Shown: positions 25,277-39,560, numbered from the stretch's first letter. The stretch: DNA of 64,000 nucleotides from Centroscyllium fabricii (GCA_051313645.2 JBNRSN020000007.1:6386001-6450000); one strand, 5' to 3'. Numbers and translations: made by a program. Notes: a model not told the origin generated them from the letters alone.

Positions 25277-25380
25277 GTCTCTCTCTCTCTTTCTCTCTCT
25301 CACTCACTCTCTCTCTCTCTCACTCTCTCTCTCGCTCTCTCTCTCGTTCTCTCTCTCACTCACTCTCTCTTGCTTTCTTT
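25277..25380. repeat. (CT)n microsatellite
   Basis: Direct reading. Confidence 0.95.
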
Positions 25381-26352
25381 CTATTATTGTGGTGAATGAA
25401 GGCAGTGAATGATAAACGTTCCTTTAATGGGCCAATTGTCAATGAGTTAATAAACTGCCTGGCCGACCATACATTTTACTGGCAGAGAAATCTGATTGAG
25501 TGGCATCGAGCTGTTTAAGCAACTATACATTGGCTGACTTTGTTACAGAGTAAAATCAATTCCGCACCCTGGAGCTGGGAGACTTTGCTCTTCAATAAAA
25601 CCGCAGCAGGGAACTTCCTGTGTCTCGGCAGCTTCCAGTAATTTGGCACAGCTGCTAATTCATCAAAAAAGTGAATTAATAATCAGTGTGAGAATAGGGG
25701 CGTGTCACAAGATCATCATCAGTGTAATTACTGCAGAGAAAACTGGAAATTCACGGCCTTAGCCGTAGTCCAGTGAAGCTTTCCATTACAGTAAACTGGA
25801 GAGTCTGCGATTGTTCTCCTTGGAGTAGAGAGGGTTAAGGGACGATTTGATCGAGGTGTTCAGAATCGTGAAGAGTTTTGATGGAGTAAATGTGTTTCCA
25901 GTGGAGGGAGGGTCAGTAACCAGAGGACACAGAGTGAAGGTAATTGGAAAAAGAATCAGAGGGGAGAGGAGGAAACAAAGAGTAGGAGTAAATGGGCAGT
26001 TTTCCAAATGGCAGGCAGGGACCAGCGGGGTACCGCAAGGTTCGGTGCTGGGGCCCCAGCTGTTTACATTATTAATGATTTGGACAAAGGGATTAAATGT
26101 TGTATCTCCAAATTTGCGGATCACACTAAATTGGGAGGCAGTGTGAGCTGCGAGGAGGATGCTAAGATGCTACAGAGTGACTTGGACAGGTTGGGTGAAT
26201 GGGCCAATGTATGGCAGATGACGTGCAATGTGGATAAATGTGAGGTTATCCACTTTGGCGGTAAAAATAGAGAGACAGACTATTATCTGAATGGTGACAG
26301 ATTAGGGAAAGGGGAGGTGCAACGAGACCTGGGCGTCATGGTACATCAGTCA

Positions 26353-29300
26353 AATTCAAATTCAAATTCAAATAGCTTTATTGGCATGAATGGTATCAAC
26401 CGTTGTTGCCAAAGCATTGTGACATACATAAAAATATTACATTAGTAGAGCATTGTAACATACATAAAAATAATACATTAGTAGACGTAATACATAGAAT
26501 AATACATTAGTAGACCTATTGACAACCGTACATTAGTAGACGTAATGAATAGTTACGCACGCACATACATTTATACCCGCATATAGAGCTTGTATGCTCA
26601 TCCTAGCTTCAATGGTCACTGGTTGTCCCTCTGCTTATGGCAAGCTGTGACGTAGTTTGCCGCTAATTTTACACAGTCCCTCTGTTCCCCTAATAGGTAT
26701 GGGAGTTTCTGGTGGTCGGTCAAATTTTTGAATTCAGGGCATGTTGTTGCAAATTTTGGGAAGAAATTTCCCCTTATTCCCTGATAATTTTCGCAAGTTG
26801 TGAGGAAGTGCAGCTCTGTCTCCACCACTCCCTGACTGCAGTGGGAGCACAGCCTTTCCTCTCTGGGCAGCCAAGTCTTTCTGTGTCTGCCTTTTTCGAT
26901 GGCTAGGCTGTGCTCGCAAAGTCTGTACATTGTCAGGGTTTTTCTCAGTTTGCTATCTTTCACCATGGACAGGTAATCAGCCATGGTGTACTGTCTGTTT
27001 AGGGCCAAATAACAATCTAGTTTGTTTTGGGTTTTTGTCGTTTCTGTCCAGTAATTCAGGTATTTTTCTTTTTGTTTAGTAATAATTGTGTTGGGTCGGA
27101 TTCTGAGTGCTAGGGCGTCACTGTCCAGGGGCTGGCTGTTACCAGTAGTGTTAGTAGTTTTTCCGCTAAGTTGGTTGTTAACAGTAGTGTTAGTAGTTAC
27201 TTCGCTAAGTCCTAGTACTAGTTGGTTGAGGGGACTTCTTTTTATGTTCGCTTCTTGGCATTTCAGGGCTTTGTAGTGATAACTGTGGGGGTTGCTCAGT
27301 TTGAGATGTTTCCAGAATTTGAGAGCTCTTTTTTGGATTTTAAATAGTAGTGGGTATTGGCCTAACTCTGCCCTGCATGCATTGTTTGTGGTTTTCCTCT
27401 GAGTCCGAAGGATACTCTTACAGAACTCAGCATGCAGGGTCTCAATTGGGTGTTTGTCTCATTTTGCAAATTCGTGGTGTGTTAGCAGACCCCACACCTC
27501 TGAGGAAGTAACTGGTAAAATAGATGGGGGAGAGCCAGTAGATGTGGTGTACCTGGACTTCCAAAAAGCCTTCGATAAGGTCCCACATAAAAGATTAGCA
27601 TGTAAAATCAAGGCGCATGGGATAAGGGGAAAAGTATTGACGTGGATAGAGAACTGGCTGGCAGATAGAAAACAGAGAGTTGGAATAAACGGCTCATTTT
27701 CTGAATGGCAGGCAGTAACAAGTGGGGTACCTCAGGGATCTGTTCTGGGTCCCCAGCTGTTCACAATTTATATTAATGACCTAGATCAGGGAATCGGATG
27801 CAGCATCTCCAAATTCGCAGACGACACTAAACTAGGAGGGGGGGTAGGCTCAGAGGAGGGGATCAGGAAGCTCCAGAGCGATTTGGACAAATTGGGGGAC
27901 TGGGCAGATACATGGCAAATGCACTATAATGTGGATAAGTGTGAAGTTATCCACCTTGGGGGCAAAAACGGGAGGGCAAATTATTATTTAAATGGCAATA
28001 GATTGGGAGATGGGGAAGTACAGCGAGACCTGGGTGTTCTTGTGCACCAGTCATTGAAGGCGAGCATGCAGGTGCAACAGGCGGTCAGGAAGGCAAATGG
28101 TATGCTGGCCTTCATATCAAAAGGGTTAGAATACAGGAACAAGGACACCTTACTACAGCTGTACAGGGCACTGGTGAGACCACACCTCGAGTACTGTGTG
28201 CAGTTTTGGTCGCCTCATCTGAGGAAGGATGTTCTTGCCATGGAAGGAGTGCAGCGGCGATTCACCAGGCTGATACCAGGAATGGCAGGAATGACCTATG
28301 AGGAGAGACTATGTAGTTTGGGGATGTACACACTGGAGTTTAGAAGATTGAGAGGGGATCTCATAGAAACATATAAAATTCTGACAGGCCTGGACAGACT
28401 AGATGCAGAAGGAATGTTTCCGATGGCAGGAGAGTATAGAACTAGGGGACACAGTTTAAGGATAAGGGCTAAACCATTTAGGACAGAGATGAGGAGGAAT
28501 TTCTTCACCCAGAGAGTGGTGAACCTGTGGAACTCACTGCCACAGAGGGCAGTGGACGCCAGCTCATTAAACATATTTAAGAGGGAATTAGATATATTTT
28601 TGCAGGCAAAAGGGGTTAAAGGTTACGGAGAGAAGGCAGGGACGGGATACTGAACTGAAGGATCAGCCATGATCTCATTGAATGGCGGAGCAGGCTCGAA
28701 GGGCCGAATGGCCTACTCCTGCTCCTATCATCTATGTATCTATGTATCTATGTACCTCGCTGCCATAAAGTGCAATTGGTTCAATTACTGAATTAAAAAT
28801 TTTGATCCAAATGCCAGGTGGAATTTCTATTTGGATTGTCTTCTTAATGGCATAGAATGCCCTTCTCGCTTTCTCTTTCAGTTCGTTCACAGCCAAGTGA
28901 AAGTTTCCCGTGGAACTGATCTTTAACCCTAAGTATGTGTAGTTTGTAGTTTGTTCTATTTGTGTTGCTCCTAGTGTGTAGTTTGTTTTGGTTCCCTGAT
29001 GTCTGGATCTTTGCTGGAATACAAGAACTTTGGTTTTTTTGGGGTTTATTTTTAATGCCCAATTCTGGCAGAATGACTTTAACCGATCAAGGTTCTGCTG
29101 TAGACCTTCCTCTGTCGGTGACAGCAGGACTAGATCATCTGCATACAGGAGGAATTTAACCTCGGAGTCATGTAGGTCGAGGCCCGGAGCTGTGGATTGT
29201 TCCAGTGTTTTTGCCAGTTCATTTATATAGATGTTAAAAAGAGTTGGTGAGATAGACGAGCCCTGTGCCACGCCACGCCCCTGTGGGAAGTATTTTGTTT

Positions 29301-31384
29301 GTTTATCTCCGATTTTAACTGCACATTTGTTTCCTGTGTACATTGATTTAATCACATCATACATTTTTCCCCCTATCCCACCTTCGATGAGTTTTAGGAA
29401 TAGACCATCGTGCCAAATAGAGTCGAAAGCCTTTTGGAAATCTATAAAGCAGGCAAAAATTTTGCTTTTATTTTGGTGGACGTGTTTGTCTATTAGGGTG
29501 TGTAGGGTGAAAATATGGTCAGAGGTTCTATAGTTTGGTAGGAATCCAATTTGGCTGTTACTCAGGACATTGTGCTCCGTGAGAAAGCTTGTGAGTCTTT
29601 TGTTTATGATACTACAGAATACCTTCCCCAGGTTGCTGCTCACACAGATGCCTCTGTAATTGTTTGGGTCAAGTTTATCTCCACTTTTAAATATGGGTGT
29701 TATGAGTCCTTTGTTCCAGACTTCAGGGAAGTAACCGACACTCAGAACCAAGTTGAAGAGTTGTAGAATAGCCAATTTCATTTTATCATCAGTGTGTTTT
29801 AGCATCTCGTTTAGTATGCCATCTGCGCCACCTGCTTTTCTTGGTCGCAGGTCCCTAAGTTTTTCGGCTAGCTCTCTTTCAGTGATTAAGGAGTCTAAGG
29901 GGTTTTGGTAATCCTTTATGATCATTTCGAGTTCCTGCAATTTTTTACATATTTGTTCTTGCTCTGGGCTTAGTGTGTGTTTCTGGTACAATTTTACAAA
30001 ATGTTTTTCCCATATTTCACCATTTTGAATGGGCAGTTCGTCTTGTTGCTTTTTGTGTAATGCGTTCCAGTTGTCCCAGAAACTATTTGAGTCAATAGAT
30101 TCTTCAATGTCACTAAGTTTTTTCTTAATATACTGTTCTTTCTTAGTTCTGAGTGTGTGTTTATATTGTGTTAGTGCCTGACAATAGGCAAGGCGTAGTT
30201 CCTCATTCTTTGGTTGTCTATGCTTTTGGTTTGATATATTTCTGAGTTTTTTCCTCATGTTATGACAGTCCGGATCAAACCATTTCTCGTGGTTTCGCGT
30301 CTTGGGCTTATTCGGGGAAAAGAATTTCAAGTCGGACAATGATGCCAATTTATCAAAAATATTATTAATGTTGTCCACTGCCAGGTTTACGCCTTCTTTA
30401 TTGTGGGTGTATGTGTTTTCTAGAAAGGTGCCCAAGAGCAATTAAATTGATTGACTGCTAATTGCTTTTAGGTATCTTTCAGAGCTGTCTTGGGCCCATC
30501 TGTATGATTTTTTAGTTTTGTACAGCTTACTGGGCTGTGTTTCTGTGATGGTTGTTTCCGCTCTTTTGATATACGCAGTAATTTGGCTGTGATCTGACAG
30601 AGGTGTTTGCGGTTTGACTGTGAACGCTCTGAAAGAGGATGGATCCAGATCCGTAATCATATAGTCTACGGTGCTGGTGCCAAGAAGTGAAGAGTAGGTT
30701 GGTCTTCCTAGGGAGTCCCCTCTGAACCTACCGTTGACAATGTACAGCCCCAGGCTTCGACAGAGCTGCAGGAGCTGTTTTCCGTATGCGTTTGTTTGTT
30801 TGTCATAGTTATTCCTGTGTGAGTGGGAAGGGAGATCAAATTGGTTATTCCCAAAAATGTAACTATTCCCCCTAGAACTGATAAAGTCTGGTTCTTCACC
30901 AGTTCTTGCGTTTAGGTCCCCGCAGATCAACACGTTTCCCAGGGCCTGGAAATGGTTAATCTCTCTCTCGATAGTGGGGAAGGTGTCCTCTTTGGAGTAT
31001 GGGGATTCTATAGGGGGGATATAGATAGCGCAGATGAAAGCATCCTGCCTGCTCGAGATTGTGTCTTTCTTCATCTTGAGCCATATATGATTATCGCCCT
31101 TTTTTATAAAATCAATGCAATTGCTGATCTCTGATTTAAGCCAAATCAACATGCCTCCGGAGTCTCTGCCCTGGGTTACTCCTGGCAGTTTATTAGAGGG
31201 CACTGACAGCTCTGTGTACCCGGGGGGGCACCCAGTGGACCCTTCTCCTCTACACCAGGTTTCCTGCAAAAAAATTATGTCCAGATCTTTGATTTCCTGT
31301 AAGAACTCTGGGGTCCTGCTTTTCAGACCAAACGTATAAGAGCGTAGGCCTTGAATGTTCCAGGTTGAGATGCGTAATGAATCG
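26353..31384 (-). mobile_element. Non-CR1 LINE, probably RTEX clade, with near-complete ORF2 (APE, RT, CCHC)
   Basis: TWNIQG, LQETW, GDLNAR and SDH (APE); QGSSISP and YADD (RT); C-terminal LAIEKGR...CSHC...HFLTTC; AATAAAGC plus (ATTTGA)n tail; TSD CAGTCA (26347-26352, 31385-31390). Stop at 30442. Clade call is from memory of motifs. Confidence 0.8.
27501..28753 (+). mobile_element. Young 5'-truncated CR1 with uninterrupted RT C-terminal ORF (to 28653)
   Basis: TSD ACCTC (27496-27500, 28754-28758); (TCTATGTA)n tail; YLDFQKAFD, SGVPQGS, KFADD. Confidence 0.93.
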
Positions 31385-32131
31385 CAGTCACTGAAGGTGG
31401 AAATGCAGGTACAGCAGGCAGTCAAGAAAGCAAATGGCATGTTTGCCTTCATAGCGAGGGGATTTGAGCACAGGAGTAGGGAGGTGTTGCTACAGTTGTA
31501 CAGGGCCTTGGTGAGGCCACACTTGGAGTATTGTGTGCAGTTTTGGTCTCCTAACTTGAGGAAGGACATTCTTGCTATTGAGGGAGTGCAGCGAAGGTTT
31601 ACTAGATTGATTCCCGGGATGGCCAGACTGACATATCAAGAAAGACTGGATCAACTGAACTTGTACTCTCTGGAGTTCAGAGGAATGAGGGGGGATCTCA
31701 TAGAAACGTTTAAAATCCTGACGGGTTTGGACAGGTTGGATGCGGGCAGAATGTTCCCAAAGTTGGGGAAGTCCAGAACCAGGGGGCACAGACTAAGGAT
31801 AATGGGTAAGCCATTTAGGACTGAGATGAGGAGAAACGTCTTCACCCAGAGAGTGGTGAACCTGTGGAATTCTCTACCACAGAAAGTTGTTGAGGCCAGT
31901 TCGCTAAATATATTCAAAAGGGAGTTAGATGTAATACTTACAACTAGGGGGATCAAGGGATATGGCGAGAAAGCAGGAATGGGGTACTGATGTAGCAAGT
32001 TCAGCCATGAACGTGTTGAATGGCGGTGCAGGCTCGAAGGGCCAAATGGTCTACTCCTGCACCTATTTTCTATGTATCTATGTATCTATGTACGCAGCGA
32101 GTTGTTGAGATCTGGAATGCAGAGGATCCTC

Positions 32132-33915
32132 GGGATGGAATTTGTCTACCTGGGCGGGGCAGGTGCAGGCGGTGTCCGTGGTGGGTCACGACCCCACTGC
32201 TGGCTCCATCCCACCATTGAAAATGAACTTACCTTAATGGGGCCTATTAAGCTCCGCCCAGCACTTTACCTGGCCCAATGAGATGGAGAGGGTCTGCTGG
32301 TGTCATTCATGACACGTTTTCAGCTGGGATCTTTAAAGCGACCATGGCCACATTACATTTGAAGTTTAATCTAACATCGTGCTGTCAGTGCACTACAGCA
32401 ATGGGGTGCTGTAAACACTGACAATGACTGCACAGAGGCAGAGGGCTGCACCAGGTTCTCCGATGACACCCACCATGTGCTTATGGAGAGTGTCAGAGCA
32501 CACAGGGAGGTCCTCTTCCCTTCCAATGGGTGGAAGAGACCTCCCCAGGAGACCAAGACAGCCTGGTTGCAGATTGCAGAGCAGGTCACAAGCAGGGATG
32601 TGTTCAGGAGGACCTGGGTGCGGTGGCACAAACCTTTCAATGATCTCAGTAGATCAGGAAACGTTAGTACAAAGTCACACTCACCTTCATCCTGCTGTGC
32701 CTCTCATCACATCCCCATCACTCTGCCTTCCCTACCCTACTCCTACACATCCTTACTCACACCAACTTACCCTGCACCTCCACCCATCCCTCTCTATCGA
32801 CATTATCACTTCCGCATCTCACAAGCCACCCCTCACACTCACCCTCATCCTAGTGCTATCATACCAACTAACAACACACAAGGGTAGGCACTTGGGTGTT
32901 TTATCCAATGTTCATGTGAAGTTTCTGTTAATGTGCTGTCAAGCATTGAAACCTTTATTTTCAACACGTTACGGTCCTGGACAATTTTGTGTGCACCTTT
33001 GGAAGTGGCTTAGTGAGTTGCAGTGAATGGTGAGAGATAACAGTACCCCCTGCAATGTTGAGGAGTGTGATAGGAATGGCTTGGCCATTGTGGGGATGCT
33101 TTATGGTGTTGGTGTGCGGTGATGTTAACCTGGTGGATCAAGTGGCAGCCAGGGTTTACAGCATCAAGTTAACTAAATCTGACCATGGTGAGGCCATCCC
33201 TGGCCTCCCGGGCAGCAATGTGGTTGGGTGCTGCTGCTGTGTGTCCTGTGCAGCATCAGGTGATTGTGGAGAAGGTTGGTGGTGTTGTTGGTGTTGCTGG
33301 TGTGCCGGGTGAAGCTGGTGTTGGGGCTGATCGTGGTCAGATTCTGAGGACCAAGGTGAGACAGTATAAATGGCAGCCATGTTGCTGGAATAGATGGCAG
33401 GTGCAGTACAGATGACAGAAGCGATCTGTCAATGGCGAGAGAAGTTTTTCCAAGGTGAGACTGGATGGAGACTTTGTTGGAAAGATTTGCAGCCTGAAGA
33501 ATCGGTGCTGGAAATGGACTGAGCAACAGCTTCTGCCTGAGGAAAGTGATGGTCTGTCAGGGGAGCTTTCACTGTATATTTGATGCTGTCAAGTAATCAG
33601 CTGGAGCAATGGCCACTGAACTCCCGCCTCAGGTTGACAGCCATGGTTCCAGAGTGGCGTGAATCCCATGGCCATGCAGGGAAATGTAAAAAATAAGTGC
33701 AAAAAGGCTCTTAAGTGCCTGTAAACTACCTGATAATGATTTCAATGGGGTCGCCCGCCACTGCTGGGCAGGTCGGCTCTACGATGACAGACGCGCCTGG
33801 GGGAAAGGCGCATGGGGGCAGAACGACAGCGCATTACCGACCCGTTGGAAAATAACAACTTTCCCACCCAGCCCATTACCGATCATGCCCGCTATCACCA
33901 CGGAAAATCTGGCCA
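32132..33915. mobile_element. Internally deleted Harbinger element (Myb exon 1 on +, transposase N-terminus on -)
   Basis: AHREVLFPSNGWKRPPQETKTAWLQIA...RTWVRW..FNDL followed by donor GTTAGT (~32662); Q/H-rich minus ORF 33156-33380; degenerate GG..ATTT / AAAAT..CC ends. Confidence 0.7.
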
Positions 33916-33919
33916 TGGA

Positions 33920-36790
33920 CTGTAATAAGCCATTCAGCCCCTCGAGCCTGTTCTGCCAGTCAGTGAGATCATGGCTGATCTGTGACCTAACTCCATATAC
34001 CCGCCTTTGGCCCATATCTCTTAATACCTTTGGTTAACAAAAATCTATCAATCTCAGATTTTAAATTAACAATTGATCGAGCATCAATTGCCATTTGCTG
34101 AAGAGAATTCCAAACTTCTGCCACCCTTTGGGGGGGATTTTTCCAGAAGGGCAGGAATCTGGCGGGGATTGGTCTGGGCGGCTTCTGGTCCCACCCGCCC
34201 AAACAGCTGGGAAGCCCACGCATTTTTAGTTTAATGAGGTTGTTAAATCCCCGTCGGCGGGAGCGGGAGGTAATTAGGTCAATCGAGTCGGGCTGCAGCA
34301 GAGCTGCGAGCACTTTGATTGACAGTTCCAGCACTGGTTGTTGTCAGTTCCCATGGAAACACTCCACTGTGACATCACAGTGGAGTGGAGCCAATGGGAA
34401 AGGCCAAGTGCTGGTGACTGACAGGTGGGCGGGCGGGCTCCAAATCCCTGACAGCTTGCACCGGCTGTGAGGACATGGTCAGAACTGAGATTTCTCAGTT
34501 TCTGTTCTCAGCTGATGCTGAAGCCAGAACGGAGGTACTTGCTCCTCTAAGGTGCTGGAGGCATGCCAAGCATTTGGCAGCATGTCCTTCACACCTTAAA
34601 GGAGAAAGTAATAAATTCAAGAAGTCACACAACACCAGGTTATAGTCCAAAAGTAATAACCAGCATTGTGCTCCCGCTGGGTTTCACCCAGCGGGGTTTA
34701 AGGTGGCGGGGTTAGGGCGGAAAACAGGGCAAAATGGCTGAGGGCCCTTAAAATGGCATTAAAGATGCCAATTAAGGGCCCTTAACAAGGTGACAACCCA
34801 TCCCCGCTGGTCGGCGGTGGGAAGGTTTCGGCGCGGGGAATCTGGGCGGGCGAAAATGAGAAAGCGGCGGGGATCCGGCGGGGGGAGGGGGGTGCGGGAC
34901 CCACCGGTTCCGCTATTTTGCCGGCCAGGCCGCCCAAAACCCCGCCTCACGGGGACGTGAAAATCCCCCCCCTTTGTGTGTAGAAATGTTTCCTAATTTC
35001 ACTCCTGAAAGGTCTGGCTCTAATTTTTAGACTCTGTCCCCTAGTCCCAGAATCCCCAACCAGTGGAAATAATTTCTCTCGATCGACCCTGTCTGTTTCC
35101 CTTAATATCTTGAAAACTTCAATCAGATCACCCCTTAACCATCTAAATTCTAGGGAATACAACCCCAATTTATGTAATCTCTCCTTGTAATTTAACCCTT
35201 GAAGTCCGGGTATCATTCTGGTAAATCTACGCTGCACTCCCTCCGAGGCCAATCTATCCTTCCTAAGGTGTGGTGCCCAGAACGGCTCCCAGTGCTCCAG
35301 GTGTGGTCTGACCAGGGTTTGTACAGCTGCAGCATAACTTCTACCCCCTTGTATTCTAGTCCTCCAGATATAAAGGCCAGCATTCCATTAGCCTTTTTGA
35401 TTATTTTCTGTACCTGTTCAGGACCTTTTAATGATCTATAAGTCTCTTTGAACCTCCGCTGTTTTTAGCTTTTCACCATTTAGAAAGTTCTCTGTTCTAT
35501 CCTTTTTAGGTCCAAAGTGGATGACCTCACATTTGCCTACATTGAAATCCATTCACCACAGTTTTGCCCATTCACTGAATCTATCAATAACTCTTTGTAA
35601 TTTTATGCTTTTATCTACACTGCCTACAATGCCACCTATCATTGTGTCATCGTCAAATTTGGGTATATGACTTTCTATCCCATCATCTAAGTCATTAATG
35701 AATATTGTGAATCATTGAGGCCCCAACACAGATCCCTGCGGGACACCATGATTCACCTCCTGCCAATTAGAGTACCTTCCCGTTATCCCGACTCTCAGTC
35801 TCCTGCCGCTCAGCCAATTTCCTAACCAGGTCAATAATTTTCCTTCAATTCCGTGGGCTTCAGATTTAGTTAACAATCTCTTCTGTGGGTCTTTGTTGAA
35901 TACCTTTTAGAAGTCCATATAAATAACATCCATCGACATTCCCCGTCCACTACTTTAGTCACCTCCTCAAAAAATTCAATCAGGCTCGTCAGGCATGACC
36001 TCCCTTTCACAAATCCATGCTGGCTCTCTCTGATCAGCTGAAACGTTTTGAGGTGTTCAGTCACCCAATCCTTAATTATAGACTCTAGCAATTTCCTGAC
36101 AACAGACGTTGGGCTAACTGGTCTATAATTGCCTAGTTTTCCTCTCCCACTATTCTGAAAGAGCGGAGTGACATGGGCAATTTACAATCTAGAGGAATGA
36201 TTCCTGAATCGAAAGAACTTTGGAATATTATAGTTTGGGCATCTGCAATGTGCTCACCTACTTCCTTTAAACCCTGGGATGGAAACTATCTGGTCCTGGG
36301 GATTTGTCACTCTTTAGTGCCATTATTTTCTTCATTACTGTTATTTTACTGACGTTAATTTTATTGTGTCCCTGTCCCCGATTCAATATTAGTTTCTTTG
36401 GGATTCCCGGCATGCTGTCTCCTCCTCTTCTACTGTAAATACTGACGCAAAGTAATTATTCAACATCTCCGCCATTTCCCCATTGTCATTGACGATATCA
36501 CCACTTTCAGTTTTTAAGGGGCCCACATTGCTCCTGACCAGCCTCTTTTTCCTAATATACTGCGGACAGTCTCTGTCTCATCCCGTTAAAGTCGGCCTTA
36601 CCTAAATCTAGAATCTTGGTAGCTGTTTTGTATTTCTCCCTTTCAAACACTACGTTGAACTCGATCATGTTATGCTAGTTATTAGATCAATGCCCATGCA
36701 CCGTTACTCATTACTAAATCTAATGCACCATGACCCCTTGCTGGTTCTAAATATTGTTGTAAAAAACTATCCTGGAAACACTCAAGAAAT
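33920..36790 (-). mobile_element. Decayed CR1 LINE with a MITE insertion
   Basis: ORFs 34947-35252 and 35870-36091 with CR1 RT motifs; 3' tail near 33925. Confidence 0.85.
34130..34972. mobile_element. Harbinger-like non-autonomous DNA element
   Basis: TIRs GGGGGGGATTTT / AAAATCCCCCCC, 3-bp TTT duplication; removing it restores CR1 CCACCCTTTGTGTG. Confidence 0.75.
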
Positions 36791-37481
36791 TCACTACCTT
36801 CCTGACATGTGCTAGTCTGCTTATCGCAATCTATTTGGGACGTCCTGAGGTCATGAAAGGCGCTATATGAATGCAAGACTTTTTTCTTTCTTTATATGAA
36901 AGTTAAAATCCACCATTTAAAGCGCTCCGCCCTTGCTCTGCCTGAAAGGGCGGTGGAAGCAAAGGCAATAGTAACTTTCAAACGGAAAAGTGCGGGGAGA
37001 GTGGGACTAATTGGACTGCTCTTTCAAAGAGCCGGCACAGGCACGATGGGCCGAATAGCCTCCTTCTGTGCTGTCCCATTCTATGTTTCTATGAAAGAAA
37101 TGGGTGATTTAATTCTGTGACCATCACCCAGCCTTCGTGCTTGTATATCTTTCTTGTTGTTATGAACATTTGTTTGAGGATTACTACCGATCAGTATTTG
37201 GATGGTTTAAGTTACAAGTGTGAAAATCTCCAGATGATACTTCGCCATCACAGAGATCAACAGATTTTTGGATATTAAAGGAATCAAGGGATATGGGGAT
37301 AGTGCAGGAAAGTAGAGATGAGATAGAAGATCAACTGTGATCGTATTGAATGGCCAACTCCTGCCCCATTTCTTATGTTCTTATGTTCATCTCCCCAATC
37401 ACCAGATAAATGAATGCTTTAGATACACAGATCCACAGGATCACTAGGGAACCAAACACCTCAGATAGATCAGCAAGGGAA

Positions 37482-39560
37482 TGGACAGATAAACCCAGTG
37501 GAGAGATAGACCCAATGGACAGATAAACCCAGTGGAGAGATAGACCCAATGGACAGGTAGGCCCAATGGAGAGATAGACCCAATGGACAGATTGCCTCAT
37601 TGGACAGGTGGGCCCAATGGAGAGATAGACCCAATGGACAGATTGACTCATTGGACAGGTAGGCCCAATGGAGAGATAGACCCAATGGACAGATTGACCC
37701 AATGGAGAGATGGACCCAATGGAGAGATAGATCCAGTGGAGAGATAGACCCAGTGGAGAGATAGACCCAATGGAGAGATAGATCCAATGGACAGGTAGGC
37801 CCAATGGAGAGATATACCCAATGGACAGGTTAGGCCAATGGAGAGACAGACCCAATGGAGAGATAGACCCAATGGAGAGATATACCCAATGGAGAGATAG
37901 ACTCAATGGAGAGGTAGATCCAATGGATAGATTGACCCAATGGAGAGATAGATCCAATGGAGAGATAGACCCAGTGGAGAGATAGACCCAATGGACAGAT
38001 TGACCCAATGGAGAGAGAGACCCAATGGCAAGATAGACCCAGTGGAGAGATAGACCCAATGGAGAGATTGACCCAATGGAGAGATTGACCCAATGGAGAG
38101 ATTGACCCAATGAAGAGATTTACCCAATGGAGAGATAGGTCCAATGGAGAGTTAGACCCAATAGAGATATTGACCCAATGGACAGATTGACTCATTGGAC
38201 AGGTAGGCCCAATGGAGAGATAGACCCAATGGACAAGTAGGCCCAATGGAGAGATAGACCCAATGGACAGATTGACCCAATGGACAGGTAGGCCCAATGG
38301 ACAGATTGACCCAATGGACAGATTGACCCAATGGACAGGTAGGCCCAATGAAGAGATAGACCCAATGGACAGATTGACCCAATGGACAGGTAGGCCCAAT
38401 GGAGAGATAGACCCAATGGACAGATTGACCCAATGGACAAGATAGGCCCAATGGAGAGATAGACCCAAGGGACAGATTGACTCATTGGACAGGTAGGCCC
38501 AATGGAGAGATTGACCCAATGGACAGATTGACCCAATGGAGAGATGGATCCAATGGAGAGATAGACCCAGTGGAGAGATAGACCCAGTGGAGAGATAGAC
38601 CCAGTGGAGAGATAGACCCAATGGACAGATTGACCCAATGGAAAGATAGACCCAATGGACAGGTAGGCCCAATGGAGAGATAGACCCAATGGACAGGTAG
38701 GCCCAATGGAGAGACAGACCCAATGGAGAGATAGACCCAATGGAGAGATATACCCGATGGAGAGATAGACATAGAAACATAGAAACATAGGAGCAGGAGT
38801 AGGCCATTTGGCCCTTCGAGCCTGCTCCACCATTCAATGAGATCATGGCTGATCATCCAAACCCAGCACCCAGCCCCTGCTCTCCCCCCATATCCCTATC
38901 AAGCCTGCACCGATACACATCCCACCCTATCCCCGTAACCCCACATATTCAATCCCCCTAACATTAAGGGTCAATTTATCCTGGCCAATCAACCTAACCC
39001 GCACATCTTTGGACTGTGGGAGGAAGCCGGAGCACCCGGAGGAAACCCACGCAGACACGGGGAGAATGTGCAAACTCCACACAGATAGTACCCGAGACTG
39101 GATTTGAACCCGGGTCTCCAGAGCTGTGAGGTAACAGTGCTAACCACTGTGCCACCGTGCCGCCCTTGGAGAGGTAGATCCAATGGATAGATTGACCCAA
39201 TGGAGAGATAGATCCAATGGAGAGATAGACCCAGTGGAGAGATAGAGCCAATGGACAGATTGACCCAGTGGAGAGAGAGACCCAATGGAGAGATTGACCC
39301 AATGGACAGGTAGGCCCAATGGAGAGCTAGACCCAATGGACAGGTAGTTCCAATGGAGAGATAGACCCAATGGAGAGATTGACTCATTGGACAGGTAGGC
39401 CCAATGGAGAGATAGACCCAATGGACAGATTGACCCAATGGACAAGTCGGCCCAATGGAGAGATAGACCCAATGGACAGATTGACCCAATGGACAGGTAG
39501 GCCCAATGGAGAGCTAGACCCAATGGACAGGTAGTTCCAATGGAGAGATAGACCCAATGG
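37482..39560. repeat. 17-bp satellite (GACCCAATGGAGAGATA and variants), interrupted by an HE1 SINE
   Basis: Direct reading; about 95-100 units. Confidence 0.95.
38770..39165 (-). mobile_element. HE1 / V-SINE
   Basis: tRNA head with A/B boxes, V domain (TGTGTGGAGTTTGCACATTCTCCCCGTGTCTGCGTGGG), CR1-derived tail (ATGTTTCT)n. Confidence 0.9.

Larger units (their letters stand above)
25970..32090 (+). mobile_element. CR1 LINE (outer), split by an RTEX-like LINE
   Basis: RT ...DLGVMVHQS stops at 26352 and resumes SLKVEMQVQQAVKK at ~31390; tail at ~32070-32090. Confidence 0.9.

Noticed and set aside
30442-31569. 375-aa ORF as a novel fusion protein
   Set aside because: Its N-terminus is antisense CR1 read across the insertion junction into the RTEX-like endonuclease.
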